Below, in pieces: positions 41,511 to 63,451 of a DNA stretch of 64,000 bases. The position numbers were made by a program, and so were the translations under genes. Within the stretch, counting starts at the first letter, position 1, and every line of letters starts with the position of its first letter. The notes below the pieces were generated by a model. That model ran no database searches. It saw only the letters and a program-made list of their open reading frames with translations, and was not told the origin of the DNA. The stretch lies in assembly GCF_009914755.1 (NCBI RefSeq), contig NC_060926.1, one strand, 5' to 3'. This DNA is from the human T2T-CHM13v2.0 reference genome, Homo sapiens.

Positions 41511-41598
41511 TGATCTACCCACCTCAGCTTCCCAAAGTGCTGGGATTACAGGCCACCACTCCTGGCCATACTCTCAATTTTTAAATGCTGGCTACTAA

Positions 41599-41712
<114 letters not shown>

Positions 41713-41714
41713 TA

Positions 41715-41931
<217 letters not shown>

Positions 41932-42169
41932 TCAGATTCAACCTGTGAGATGCCAAATTGTGATCTCTGCCATATCATGTATGTGTTTATTTAGAGACCT
42001 TTTATTTTCTGTGTTGCTTTGAGGTCATTGATTCCAGAATGTGGTTTAATATATGTGCTGAATGATTTATTTATCATACACAGTAAGTTTTATACATATT
42101 CACTTTAAAGTATGCATATATTATATAACTAGATGGAGTTAACACCTCTTTTTTATTTTTATTTTTTAA

Positions 42170-42409
<240 letters not shown>

Positions 42410-43204
42410 TAACTTTGTCAAATGAGTTAAAATGTAATAGCCTAAAAAAACTTATTTAACCTAACAGGAGGAGGGTAAAAAATTTATTATATCTCCTAAC
42501 TGTGTTACTTTATACAATGTTAGCATTATTCTTTCCAAATAGAAATTTGAATATAATATGGGAATGGGAAACTTTTCCCTTTTTTTTCCCTTCTATTGAG
42601 GACTACTGACCCACAGGACAGATCACTTGCGCCACCCAAGTGGGAAATGTTTTAATTTAATTTTTCAACTGTTTTAAAATATGAATTAAATACTTTTATT
42701 ATTGGGGGAAGAGTAAATTTGTTTACTAAATATATAGTTTTTTAAGTTAAAGAAGGAATGGTGGGGAAGAAGGAAGGAAAAAAATTAAAGTGGTGAGAGG
42801 ATAAAGAAAGGTAGAAAAGATATAGGCATAGCGCTGTGGCTCACGCCTTTAATCCCAGCACTTTGGGAGGCCAAGGCGAGCGGATTACGAGGTCAGGAGT
42901 TCAAGACCAGCCTGACCAACATGGTGAAACCCCGTCTCTACTAAAAATACAAAAATTAGCCGGGCGTAGTGGTGCTTGCCTGTAATCCCAGCTACTCAGG
43001 TGGCTGAGGCAGGAGAATCACGTGAACCCGGAGGCAGAGGTTGCAGTGTGCCGAGATAGTGCCGCTGCACTGCAGCCTGGGCAACACAGTGAGACTCTGT
43101 CTCAAAATTAAAAAAAAAAAAAAAAGATATAAATATGTCATGTCAGGCAGCTGAGATGGGAACCCAAGAAGTTGAGGCTAGAGAGAGCTGTGATTAAGCC
43201 ACTA

Positions 43205-43453
<249 letters not shown>

Positions 43454-43460
43454 CTACTCA

Positions 43461-43565
<105 letters not shown>

Positions 43566-43567
43566 TC

Positions 43568-43570
43568 AAA

Positions 43571-43649
<79 letters not shown>

Positions 43650-43727
43650 ATACATACACACACATATATATATACGTATATATATATATACACACACACA
43701 CACATATATATATACATATATATGTAT
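43568..43727. repeat. Compound A/(TA)n/(CA)n microsatellite in an Alu tail
   Basis: Seen directly; explains the YIYI/HTHT ORFs in the track. Confidence 0.95.
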
Positions 43728-44863
43728 AAACATTGTTGAGATTATCCTGCCAAGTACCAGGTACTGAAATGCCAACTGCTCTTACATTATATTAATCATC
43801 TTATGCTTGTCAGAGGAGGATACACATGTAGAAAAGGGTACCGACCTTAAAAACAAAAAGGCAGAATTCCATGGGATAATGCATATTTCTTTTGCATTCC
43901 CATTTTGGAGTGGCCAAAGATTTTTAAAACTGAGTTATTTTTTGCCCACAGGATTTAATGATGATATAATTTCTTGGTAAGTGGCCAGAGCCAAATACCT
44001 TAGTCAGCTCTTTGTTAGGCATTGAAGGGGGTGCAGCTCTCAGATGTGCTCTTTCTGGTGCAGCTAGAAAGAAAGAGAACACTGTCACTGTCCAGTGAAG
44101 CTAAGACCCTATCTGCCCTATTCTTACCCTTAAAACTTCAATTCCACTTAAAATGCTGTGGACTAGGATTTTGCTATTATTACAAATGCTTTCACCTGCT
44201 TGCCTCATTGTTTTAGAGTTTTTAAACTACTTTCTGTCGTAATAGCTAACATTTACTGAGCCCATTTTACTGCTTTACTTGAATTACTCAAATTTTCACA
44301 AAAGCCCTTTGAGGTTCAAGAGTTATTATTTATTTTAGAGTTGAGGAAACTAAGGCTTAGAAGAGATAGAAAACTTGCCCAAGGTCACAGAGCCAAGACT
44401 CCAGCTGTCTGACACCAGTGAATATTTCTATAATCTTAATTTTTTTTTTCTATTTCCTGAGCTCAATTTACCATTCAGTCCCTTAGAACTTAAATCTTTT
44501 TTTTTTTTTTTTGAGATGGAGTCTCACTCTGTCGCCCATGCTGGAGTGCAGTGGCGCTTCCAGTGGCGTGATCTTGGCTCACTGCAAGCTCCGCCTCCTG
44601 GGTTCACATCATTCTCCTGCCTCAGCCTCCCGAGTAGCGGGGGCTACAGGCTCCCACCGCCAAGCCTGGCTAATTTTTTATATTTTTAGTAGAGACAGGG
44701 TTTCACCGTGTTAACCAGGATGGTCTCGATCTCCTGACCTCATGGTCTGCCTGCCTCAGCCTCCCAAAGTGCTGGGATTACAGGTGTGAACCACCGCACC
44801 CATCCAGAACTTAAATCTTAGTATATATATTATGCTGCTTCTAACTAAAAGAACTCTAAATAA

Positions 44864-45091
<228 letters not shown>

Positions 45092-45498
45092 TAGTAGAGA
45101 CGGGGTTTCTCCATATTGGCCACGCTGGTCTTGAACTCCTGACCTCAGGTGATCTGTCTGCCTTGGCCTCCCAAAGTGCTGGGATTACAGCCATAAGCCA
45201 CCAGGCCCAGCCTCTCTCCCCTGCCTTCTTAAAACCTACAGGATAAGCTAGGTTTGGTAGCATGCACCTGTAATCCCAGCTACTCAGGAGGCTGAAGCGG
45301 AAGGATCGCTTGAGCCCAGGAGGTTGAGGTTGTAATGTACAGTGATCATGCCTGTGAATAGCTACTGCATTCCAGCCTGGGCAACATAGCAAGTAAGACT
45401 CCATCTCTAAAAAACAAACAAACAGGCTGGATGTGGTGGCTAACACCTGTAATCCCAGCACTTTGGGAGGCTGAGGCCGAGATGGCTGCATCACCTTA

Positions 45499-45818
<320 letters not shown>

Positions 45819-46868
45819 CTATACTTGATGTTCAGCTAATACCGAATGTCTTAAAAGTTCCACGAATGCACAGTACAGCACTATTCCACAGCCGTGTGCC
45901 TTTGCATATTGCTTATTCTTCTATCTGTAATGCACTTACCTTCTTGATATTCCTTCAAATTCTGACCATCTGGGGTCATTTTCTCTCTTTCCTTTCATAT
46001 TGATAAGTAGCACTACCTTGGTGATTCTCCTGTGCTTTATTCATGCTTTCTTTTATCACTCTGTAATATATTTCTTCAACAGGATTTCTCCTTGACAAGA
46101 CTGTGGTACTTGAGGGAAGGAGCCCCTGTCTTTTTCATCTCTGTAACCTCAACAGCAATACTATAATGATGGGAGTCATGAAGCCTCCTTACTTATGAAG
46201 CTTTCACTACCTGTATTTTTGGATTATTGCAGATTCAGAGACATTCATAATAATCTTAGAGTAAACTTTCAGCACTGCTAAGGGAGGGATAAACTGTATT
46301 AGAAAAAAAGTAATCTTCATAATAACCTGCATTAGATGATCATAGCTATCTCAATTTTATGAAGCTTAAGGAGATTAAGAACCTTGGGCAAATTCACACT
46401 TGCATGTGTCTGACTCCAAAACTATTTTTTCTTTTTTTTTTTCCTACTCTCCTTCCCCCTATTTTTTCATTATAAGTTGCCTCACATAATAATGCTAGTT
46501 TGTTTTTTAAAGACATACTTGAGAATATATGCTCAACTTTCAGTTGTTCCTGGGTTCAGTTTCCAGATTTTTTTTTTTTTTTTGAGACCAAGTTTCACTC
46601 TTGTTGCCCAGGCTGGAGTGCAATGGCATGATCTACGGCTCACCGCTTCCTTTGCCTCCTGGGTTCAAGCGATTCTCCTGCCTCAGCCTCCTGAGTAGCT
46701 GGGATTATAGGCACGTGCCACCACACTGAGCTAATTTTTGTATTTTTAGTAGAAACGAGGTTTCACCATGTTGGCCAGGCTGGTCTCAAACTCCTGACCT
46801 CAGGTGATCTGCCTGCCTCGGCATCCCAAAACACTGGGATTACAGGAATGAGCCACCATGCCTGGCCT

Positions 46869-47306
<438 letters not shown>

Positions 47307-47869
47307 TAATACCCAATAGACAACACAGTAAAAATTATTATTTTTTACCCAATACAGTAAAAATTATTATAAGGGAAGAACAGAAGCCATGTGACAGTTC
47401 TGTGAATTATTAGCTGACCAAAACATGCCTGTCACTTAATATGTCAGTAATTCTAGTCTACACTAATCTTTAATGGCCAGAAGCCCTTGAACATTTTCAG
47501 AGAGGCAACAGTTCAATGACTTTTACTGCCTGCTTCATGATAGAAACATTTTGTATGGATTAGTTTATATAATGGTCTAAATCAGTTCACTCAGAACAGT
47601 CAGTAGTAGGTCATCATTATGACAGCTTCTACTATTCAGTATCTCTGCTCTTAGAAATGAGGTCTTTGGCAAACTCTTCGTGTCAAAACATAACAGTAAA
47701 AATCCGTGCGTCCTTGGGCTAGATAATTGGAGTGAGTGAAATACTGCCAGATTTTGTATAAAAGTAGTCAGAGGAGGCCGGGTGTGGTGGCTCACACCTG
47801 TAATCCCAGCACTTTGGAAGGCCGAGGCGGGGGGATCAGGAGGTCAGGAGATCGAGACCATCCTGGCTA

Positions 47870-48128
<259 letters not shown>

Positions 48129-48631
48129 TTATCCTTTAATGTTAAATTTCCTATAAGCTTCTTAAATGATTGTAAAGAAGGGCAGAATGTATTATCCTAA
48201 AGTTGGGCAACTGAAATAACAAGATTTTATTATAGACTCTTGATGCTCTTAGAAATTACCTGTGCACTTTAGGAATGCTCTAGATTATTTGTGTGGATGA
48301 GGTGGTTCACGCCTGCTGTAATCCCAGCACTTTGGGAGGCCAAGGCAGGAGGTTCACTTGAGCCCAGGAGTTCATTACCAGCCTGGGCAACTTAGGGAGA
48401 ACACAACTCTACAAAAAATGAAATAATTAGCTGGGCATAGTGTCACACACCTGTGGTCCCAGCTACTTGGGAGGCTGAGGTGGGAAAAAATAAAAATAAA
48501 AATAAAAATAAAATGCTGAGCATCTCTCAGGGTCATAACGAGCATAATCAGTCCTAACAATGAACTAGTAACTATGGTTCTGGTTACCATTTTCAGATTG
48601 CAGATGGCATCTCTTTCATGGATCTCAATAA

Positions 48632-48823
<192 letters not shown>

Positions 48824-49687
48824 TAAATTTTTTTCGAAGAGACAGGGAATCTCGTTCTGTTGCCCAGGCTGGAGTGCAGTGGCATAATCATAGCTTACTG
48901 CAGCCTCGAACTCCTGGGCTCAAGTGATCCCCCAACCTTGGCCTCCCAAAGTGATGGGATTACAAGTGTGAGCCACCACATCCAGCCACAATAAGTATTT
49001 TTTTTATGATACAAAATAGGAACTACCAAGATGCCCTGCACATAGTATGGTTAAGTATTGTGATTGTGTGCATACTGAATATAAAGTATACATGTGCATT
49101 GAAAAAATCAGAAAGAAATGGATCAGGGCTAAGGGCCAGGACTACACAGTTAGGAAAACTAGATAGAGGCCTCTAGGAATAAGGAGCAAAGAGTGAAGGA
49201 AAGACTATACGTGATTAATAAGAGAACAGTCTTTGAGTAGGAGATAAATGTGTACCAGGTACCTTATTAACATTTCAGTGATCTCATGATATAAAGTAGG
49301 TATTATTTTACAGATTAAGGAAATAGGGTATGGGGATTTAACTTGTTCACGATCACTTATATGTGGCAGAGCTAGAAATAAGCTTCCAAGAAGCTCCCTC
49401 TTTTGCTTCTAGAGGAAGGAAAGCTAAGTAGCAAAGCAGGTGTTAGCAATGGAAGAGAAAACACCTGGCAATCTTAGGGATCCCTGCAGGAAAAAAAAAA
49501 AAGGCTAATATTGGCAAGACATTACTTCCTAGTACCAAGCTAAAAATTAGATATCTTTATCTCCTATGGTCTGACCTATAAAAATTATTACTTATGAAAG
49601 AAATCAGCCTCAGTCATAGTAGATTCTTAGATTATGTCCAGTAGCAAAGGTATTTAACTGTGGTTTTATTTTTTCATTTTGTTGTAG

Positions 49688-49906
<219 letters not shown>

Positions 49907-50402
49907 TAATGAACATTTCTTTTTTATTCTATTTCTTGCAACCTTGAATATTCCTTCATTCTGTTTTTTACAAATCTGTAGATTGTAAGATACATGCCAT
50001 GACTTTACAACCAGCTTAATAACAGTTTTAAACTTAATAATAGTTTTAAATTAACACCAAATGAAAGAACACATTGCATATAAGATGCAGAAACAGGCTA
50101 GGTGCAGTAGCCCATGCCTGGAATCCCAGCACTTTGGGAGGCTGAGTCAGGTGGATCACTTGAGGCCAGGAGTTTGAGACCAGCCTGGGGAACATAGCAA
50201 GACTTTGTCTCTAGTGAAAATAAAATTATCGGCTGGATGGGGTGGCTCACACCTATAACCCTAGCACTTTGGGAGGCTGAGGCGGGCAGATCACCTGAGG
50301 TCAGGAGTTCGAGACCAGCCTGACCAATATCATGAAACCCCGTCTCTAGTAAAAATACAAAAATTAGCCGGGCGTGGTGGCATGTGCCTGTAATCCCAGC
50401 TA

Positions 50403-50630
<228 letters not shown>

Positions 50631-50758
50631 CTATGATCACATCACTGTACTCCATCCTGGGCAACAGAGTGAGACCCTGTCTCAAAAAATTTAAAAATAA
50701 AACATGCAGAAATAAGGTAATATATTTTTTTCATTTTTTTGCATCTAGAGTCTGGTAA

Positions 50759-50941
<183 letters not shown>

Positions 50942-51264
50942 TAGGGATGGGGTTTTGCCATGTTTCCCAGGCTGGTCTTGAACTTCTGGGCTCAGGAGAT
51001 CTGCCTACCTTGGCCTCCCAAAGTGCTGGGATTACAGGCGTGAGCCACCGCACCCAGCCTAGTAACTTTCTTTTTCATATAATCGTAGTTATAGAAAACT
51101 TAAAGCAATTTGTGGCTTTTTCTTTGCCAACAGGTAATATGGGAGTTGTTCTCTGTACAGGCAACTTGGGCATTGAATTTTAAGAAATGGTGGCAATTTT
51201 GACTAAATTATCGTGTGCTGTTCTCAGCTCTTGAGTAATTTTCATTAAAGCATTATAGACATTA

Positions 51265-51624
<360 letters not shown>

Positions 51625-51902
51625 TTATTATCTAGTAGTAGTAACTCCCTCTGTTAATTTCCTGATTTTGATAATTGCAGTATGGTTATTGAAGACATTA
51701 AAATAGGGAAATATGGGTAATGGGTACATGGGAATTCTTTGTATTATTTTGTAGTTTTTTTTTTTTACAAAAATGAAATTATTTCGTAATGAAAGATAAA
51801 CATTTTAATATTTAGAGGATATTTGGTCCTTAAAACACAGTTCTCAAACCAGTTGTCTTGAATTCTATATGGAACAATGAGAGGGTATAAATAAAGTTCT
51901 GA

Positions 51903-52105
51903 AAGGGTATCCAAGGGAGAGAATACAGTCATGGGTTCTTAGTTTCTGTTTCTGGTTGGGCCAGTAAAGCCTCTTCCTCATCCCTCTTTTCCACTTAACC
52001 ACTAGAGACAGAAACTAAAACCCATGGCTTCAGGCTGTTAAAAGCCTAAAACAAAACAAAACAAAACAACAACAACTACAAAATAAGGTGGATTGGACAA
52101 GCTTG
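51903..52105. mobile_element. MER30B-like hAT element
   Basis: CCAAGGGAGAGAATACAGTCATGGGTTCTTAGTTTCTG...AAAATAAGGTGGATTGGACAAGCTTG; has an internal inverted repeat. Confidence 0.65.
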
Positions 52106-52979
52106 TCCACATCATTGGCTACTTTAAGATTGAACCACGTGGCCGGGCGCAGTGGCTCATGCCTGTAATCCCAACACTTCGCAAGGCCTAGGTGGGTGGA
52201 TTACCTGAGGTCAGGAGTTTGAGACCAGCCTGGCCAACATGGTGAAACCCCGTCTCTACTGAAAATACAAAAATTAACTGGACGTGGTGGCAGGTGCCTG
52301 TGGTCCCAGCTACTCTGGAGGCTGAGGCAGGAGAATCGCTTGAACCTAGAAGTCAGAGGTTGCATTTGAGCCGAGGTTGGGCCATTTCCAGCCTGGGCGA
52401 CAGAGCAAGGCTCCGTCTCAAAAAAAAAAAAAAAAAAAAAAAGAAAGATTAAACCACTTACACCATCTGCCCTGTGGGTTAGGCACACATGTGCATGCAC
52501 ACTTCCAGCCTCCTCTTCCTGCTGGTGCTTCTCAGTGATACCTATGAGAAGGATCACTTTCCTTCCTTATTTCCTTTTGTGGGATAGGATGGATCTAAAA
52601 GGGACACATTAATAAGAAGGCATAGTGATTAATGTATTCAGCAAAGGTTTTTTCCAGTCTTCTCTTATTAAGAAACAGACTTTTTCCCTTGAAATGAGAT
52701 TTCATTGGCCTTCTTTATGTAAGCTTATTGTGCCAGCAATTGTGCTTGTTGCAGTAAAAGAAGATTCCCTCTTTTGTGGGGGTGCTAAAAATCCCACCTA
52801 CATACATCCACACAATTCTACCTTAGATACCCAGTTCATAGTGTGAACACCACTGTCCTAAGTGGAGATTTAGTTTAAAAAAAATCTTTCTGGCTGGGCA
52901 CAGTGGCTCATGCCCATAATCCCAACACTTTGGGAGGCTGAAGTGGGCAGAATTGCATTAGCCCAGGAGTTTGAGATCA

Positions 52980-54845
<1,866 letters not shown>

Positions 54846-55044
54846 AATATCTATGAAGATATCTAAAATATCTATTTCTATGAAGAAACAGACTTTAACA
54901 AATATAAGCAAAATTCAGTTTTCTTTTAACCAGTCATTGATCTCCTGTCCTCCTTTCACTACATACCAACAACCCTCTGGCATTAAACTTCCAGTGATAG
55001 TGCTATTAACTTTGTTTCCTCAGGTCAACAAGGGACCTCAGTAA

Positions 55045-55398
<354 letters not shown>

Positions 55399-55680
55399 TA
55401 GCTGGGATTACAGGCATGCACCACCACACCTGGCTAATTTTGTATTTTTAGTAGAAACGGGGTTTCTCCGTGTTGATGAGGCTGGCCTCAAACTCCCAAC
55501 CTCAGGTGATCTGCCTGCCTCAGCCTTCCTAAGTGCTGGCATTACAGGCGTGAGCCACTGTCCCTGGCCAGTGTACCAATGTAGCTTTTTAAATAACAAA
55601 GTTTTTTTTTTTTTTTTGGCTGGGCACGCTGGCTCATGCCTGCAATCCCAGCACTTTGGGAGGCTGAGGCAGGCAGATCA

Positions 55681-56166
<486 letters not shown>

Positions 56167-57584
56167 TGACCTTAAATGATCTGCCGGCCTTGGCCTCCCA
56201 GGGTGTTGGGATTATAGGCGTGAGCTACTGCACCCGGCCACAAAGTTTTTTTAAAATGGCAAAGTCATTTAAAGCTTTTTAAAAATAAGACTCAGACATT
56301 TTATTATCTCCATGTACTGTATTCTCTTTTTTAAAAAATTATTTATTTATTTATTTATTTTTAGAGACAGAGCTCCCTTTGTTGCCCAGGCTGGTCTCAA
56401 ACTTCTGGGCTCGAGCACTCCTCCTGCCTCAGCCTCCCAAAGTGTTGGGATTGCAGGCCTTAGCCACCATGTCATGCCTGTATTCTCTTTTGATGGAAAT
56501 AGGAACCCATACTTTATCACTCCTTTTACAAATGCCAGCCAGGTACAGTGGCTCACACCTGTATTCCCAGCACTTTAGGAGGCTGAAGTGGGTGGATTGC
56601 TTGAGCCCAGGAATTTGAGACCAGACTGGCAACATGATGAAGCCCCATCTCTACAAAAAATACAAAAACTCATTTCCCCTTTGCGAGGGTGCTCATTGGT
56701 TTATGTTAAATTTTAAGGAAGTTGTAAACTTGGGGCTAAACTCAGTTGCCTATGTCTCTCAAATTCTAGAAATTAGTACTAAAATTATCCAGGTGTGGTG
56801 GTATGTGCCTATAGTCCCCGCTACTCAGGAGGCTGAGGCAGGAGGATAGCTTGAGCCTAGGAGGTCGAGGCTGCAGCGACCCGTGATCATGCCACTGCGT
56901 CTCAGCCTGGGCAACAGAATGAGACTTTATCTCCAAAAAGAGACAAAAATGGTTCTAGTAGTGTTCTAATAGTTAACTCCAGTGTTCCCTTTATACAACA
57001 AACACAGTGATCATTTGAGTGTTAACAAATGGATCTTGGGTCTTTGCAGGTACTTAAGGCCAAGTTTAGAGTGTCAGAGTTTATATATCTGGAGTCCATC
57101 TGATTCTGCGTAACAGCATTCTAAGCTCAGACCTTCCAAGAAGGAGATAGACCTGGTCAGGAGTTTTTCTGAGGGCAATTTTACGATACTCTCCTTTTAT
57201 TTTTCCTCCCCTGTTTATAAGAGAAAGAGTTCATAAGATCGTGATATATAGACCTCTGGAATTTCATGGGACTGACCACCTCAGTTTTCAAGGCTCAAGT
57301 TTTTAGGCATTTAACAAAATTATTTTGTTTTGCACACTTACATAGCACTAGATGCCAGGCAGTTTAAAATGCCTTGTAAACATTTAATCATAACTTTTTG
57401 AGGTAGATACTATTATCCTCATTTTACATAGAAAAAGTTTTATAAAGAGAGGTTAAGTAACTTTTCTAAGGTCACAGTGACTGGTAAAGACAGGATGAAA
57501 ACCCCACACATTCTGGCTCTAATATCTATGCTCTCTTGTTTGCTTTATCTAGCCCAACAGTCTTGAGGCCATGACTTCTGATTC

Positions 57585-57910
57585 TGTGGTGGGCAGGTCT
57601 ATGCAAACCTAGCCACAAAAGCTGAGGAAACTGAGAGGCAGAAGAAAGGTGGACAAATCCAGTTTCTCAGAAAGAAACATTTAATAGGGACCTACACACA
57701 GGAGCAGAAGCCATGTTTCGGGGCGGCTGCAAGATAAGATGGTGGATCCCCTGATGGATCATCATGGTCCCAGGGCTTATATACCTTAGGCAACTAAGGG
57801 GCGGGATTTGTAGTATGTGTTACAAAGCAACATCAAGCTTGTTTTGACCTAAGGGCAAGATTTGCAGTGAACAGTAGATAAAGTAGAACTCTTAGAGGCA
57901 TTGTAGACTT
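57585..57910 (-). mobile_element. LTR fragment (LTR47-like, subfamily uncertain)
   Basis: TGTGGTGGGCAGGTCTATGCAAACC...CAAATCCAGTTTCTCAGAAAGAAACATTTAATAGGGAC resembles an LTR 3' end read in reverse. Confidence 0.45.
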
Positions 57911-58490
57911 AAAACTTGGCATCTATGCTTTACATATAATAAGGGGGAAAACAATATCATGTCTATAAACTTTTTGAAAATGGCATCTGGCCAGTGGAAT
58001 CTGAGTGGAAGACTGGTGGGATGGGGCTGTTAGATAAGATTTTTCTCTTTGTGGGAGGATCCTTCGAAGAGAAATTCTCCTTATTTTTACCTGATTTGAG
58101 AACATGAAGTTTGTAGCTACATCTGCCATCTTTTCGCTATGAGGAAGAGCCAAGGTAATTCAGAGAAGCCAACTCAGAGTTCTAACATCATTAAGGGTGA
58201 ATGAACCAACCCTGTAGTTGCCAACTTTGCACTTTTGGTTATGTGAGATAACAGACATCTAGTGTTGAATTCACTTTTAGTCTGGTATCAGTGGTTACTT
58301 GCAGCCGCCCTTCTGCCCCAGTCTGAACTGGTTGCTCTCCAGGATGTTGCACAGCTATAATTGCAGGGCTTCCTTGCAATCATCCTGGGACTTCCCTTCC
58401 TCTTTCCTCTTTGGGACCTGCTATTTCCTGAATTTTTGGCTTCCTCTTATTTTGATGTGCTCTCTCAAAATGCTGGGGCAAATCCACTAG

Positions 58491-58750
<260 letters not shown>

Positions 58751-59030
58751 TGATCCGCCCACTCAGCCTCCCAAAGTGCTGGGATTACAGGTGTGAGCCA
58801 CAGCACCCGGACTCAAGTTTTTATTTTTATACTTTCTTTTTTTGTATTAAGAAAAGCATGGGCAGACACGGTGGCTCACACCCATAATCCCAGCACTTTG
58901 GGAGGCTGCAGTAGGCGGATCACCTGAGGTCATGAGTTTGAGACCAGTCTGGCCAACATGGTGAAACCCCATCTCGACTAAAAATACAAAAATAGCCAGG
59001 CATGGTGGTGGGGGCCTGTAATCCTAGCTA

Positions 59031-59205
<175 letters not shown>

Positions 59206-61667
59206 TTAAAGCCAGACTGGAATAATGAATGAATCACATCAGCCCAGAAAGCAGATACTCTCAATAATATTAATATTATAATACAAGCTTGTTCAAGTAT
59301 TTTACATTTTTTGTGTGTGGCCTTTTTAAGTGTGATATCCTGGCACATAGTAAAGATAATGTACTATGAACGTAAGCCAGATGGCCAGTTTCACTCTCCA
59401 GTGAGAAACAGGCTGTAAGTTCTTACCTTCTCTGCCATCAACATGGCTGAAGGTAGAGACGGGTGGGGGCTGGGGAAAATCCAGGGACCCTTTCACACAG
59501 GAGGAACTCTAGGGTTCCATCCAGGAGGGTGCCAGATAATCCAGATTACTCTACTTAGGCTGTTGGCAAAAAACAACCCTCATCCTCCCTAACTAGTCAC
59601 TGATGATCCTTGCCCCTACTCCTCACTTCCAGGGCCTTCTGAGCTGCCTACTTTCTTTTGTAAATTCAATCATCAGGAAAGGGAAAAGAGCTATAATTGA
59701 ACAAAACTTAAGACGTGTAATAACTGTGATGGGCTCAGCACCTCTATCTGAGCTGGGGCAGGGGCGGATGGCCCTTCTCTATTAGTGCATTTGCTTGTCA
59801 CAAATACATTGGTCCTATATTCATGTGTCTTCAGAAAGTGAAGAGGTAAACTTTGCAACATTAACTCCTAACATGTTACGAAAAGTCATTTGCCAGGCAG
59901 AGTGGTGCATGTCTGTGGTTCCAGCTACTCAGGAGGCTGAGGTGGGAGGATTGCTTGATACCATGAGGTCAAGGTTGCAGGGAGCCAAGATCGCACCACT
60001 GCACTCCAGCCCGGGCAACAGAGTGAGACCCTGTCTCAAAAAAAAAAACAAAAACAAAAACAAAAAGTCCACGCCCCCACCATCACCAGCCTCTGTTGAA
60101 ATGAAGTCCTCACTTATGTGCCCCAAAAGAAATTCCTCTTGCAGGGGTATCTGTGAAGAGAATGGCAGCCCCCGGCCTGTGGGTAAACTCTAGATAAGAG
60201 CGGCCTTTTTCCAGACCCCAAGGCTTCCTTGTGTACCCAAACCCAGCAGAGGACAAACACTTAGGTTTTTTTTTGGTGCTGGATACAGCACTGGGCTAAG
60301 TGAGCTGAAGGAAAGGGGTAACAAAGGGAAGGAGGAGGGGGTCCGGGAGTTCAGTGTCTGGTGCAGTGTAGGGCAGTCACCAGACTGGGTGAGGAAAGGC
60401 CTCAGATCCCACCGTCATGGCAGAGACTAGACCCTCATCCTTGGTTTGAGACGAATTGAGATGGGCTTCCCACATACCAACCACTGGGAGGGCAAAGGTG
60501 GAGAAAGGGCACAGGTTGAAAGCAATGAGGTGCCCAAGATAAAGGCCAAGCCCTTGTCAGCATGGGATATTGTCTCCTACTCCCAACCTTTGAGCCCAGC
60601 AGAGGAACCAGTTGAAAAGCAGAGCCCAAGACATTTCAGTAAGTCAGCAACAAGACCACAAACTTCTCTGTCTTGCCCAGTACTGAGAGTCGTGACCATA
60701 TCCGATACACATCCTACCTAGTCTGTGTAGCTCAGCCCTTCATCACTGATAGCTTCTGATGGCAGTCGACTCCAGCTATTTCATTGTCATTCACATGCAG
60801 TCAGTGGCTGAAGAAAGGTATACTCTTATGTCGACATAGACCTTGCTGCCACAGGGCTTCACCAACTGACAGGATTCCACCCAGCCCCCAAGTCCTCCTC
60901 ACCCCTCATTCCCAGGTGGGCAGAGGTAGATGGCTTGCAGAGCGGGGGGATGCAAGATGGGGAGACTCCACCAGACCCTAGGAGGAGAATTAATGTTGCC
61001 TTTCTAGGGTCGTTATTATACCTTTCTGGTCATTCAGGACATTAACTAGACTCAAGAAGAGGCACCATCTTAATCCAACTACAGTTGCAGGATCTGGGTT
61101 ACTGTTAATGTGTAACCTGGTTGGTTGCACAGGTCAGTGTGATGCTGAGCCTTTACCCTTAGGATGAGTCCCTTTTTTGTTTGTTTTTTATAACAAAGCT
61201 TTACTTGTTACGTTATGAGGTTCTTAGGTCCTTTGTGTTTCAGAGATGTTAATGTTTAGAGAATTGATACCTTTCCTGGAAATGAAGTACTCTTTTAATT
61301 TGTTAGGTACCTAACTCTTATTTATGGTATATTGACCTGATTTGTCTATTAACATAGATATGTTTCATAAGTAGAAACTATTTACAAGACAAAATGCTGA
61401 AAATTATATAGAAAGTTATGTCTATCTCATGAATTTATTAATATTCATGAGTTCCTCTCAAAAATTTAGTTCCCTGGAAAGTTCAGTATTTCTGGAGAAT
61501 TTGGATAACCTCTGCCCCCTGGGTTCAAGCGATTCTCCTGCCTCAGCCTCCTGAGTAGCTGGGACTATAAGCACGCACCACCATGCCCCACTAATTTTTG
61601 TATTTTTAGTAGAGATGGGGTTTCACCATGTTGGCCAGGCTGGTCCTGAACTCCTGACCTCAGGTGA

Positions 61668-62009
<342 letters not shown>

Positions 62010-62552
62010 TAGTAGAGACGGGGGTTTCTCCATGTTGGTCAGGCTGGTCTCGACTCCCGACCTCAGGTGATCTGCCTGCCTTGGCCTCCCAAAGTGCTGG
62101 GATTACAGGTGTGAGCCACCACGCCTAGCAACACTCCTGCTTATTAGAAACATAATATTCACCAGTTTATATTAGAACTTTTTCTGTTCTTTATATTCAC
62201 TTTCCTCTTTTAAGTATCATTATGAACACTTTGCTTTGTTCTAAGTAACCATAATGATTTGTTATTGATACTCAAAACGTACTAACTTTGCCCAGTAAAC
62301 CCCTTGGGCAGGCTCTTCTTTTTTGGGGGTGAGGGGGCCAGAATCTCATTCTGTCGCCCAGGCTGGAGTGCAGTGGTGCTATCTCGGCTCACTGCAACCT
62401 CCACCCCCACAGGTTCAAGCAATTCTCCTGCCTCAGCCTCCTGAGTAGCTGGGACTACAGGCGCGAGCCACCATGCCCTGCTAATTTTTGTATTTTTAGT
62501 AGAGACGGGGTTTCACCATATTGGTCAGACTGGTCTCGAACTCTTGACCTCA

Positions 62553-63451
<899 letters not shown>

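Noticed and set aside
60446-60721. 91-aa non-Alu ORF in the unassigned segment
   Set aside because: Non-ATG start, no recognisable domain, no splice support.
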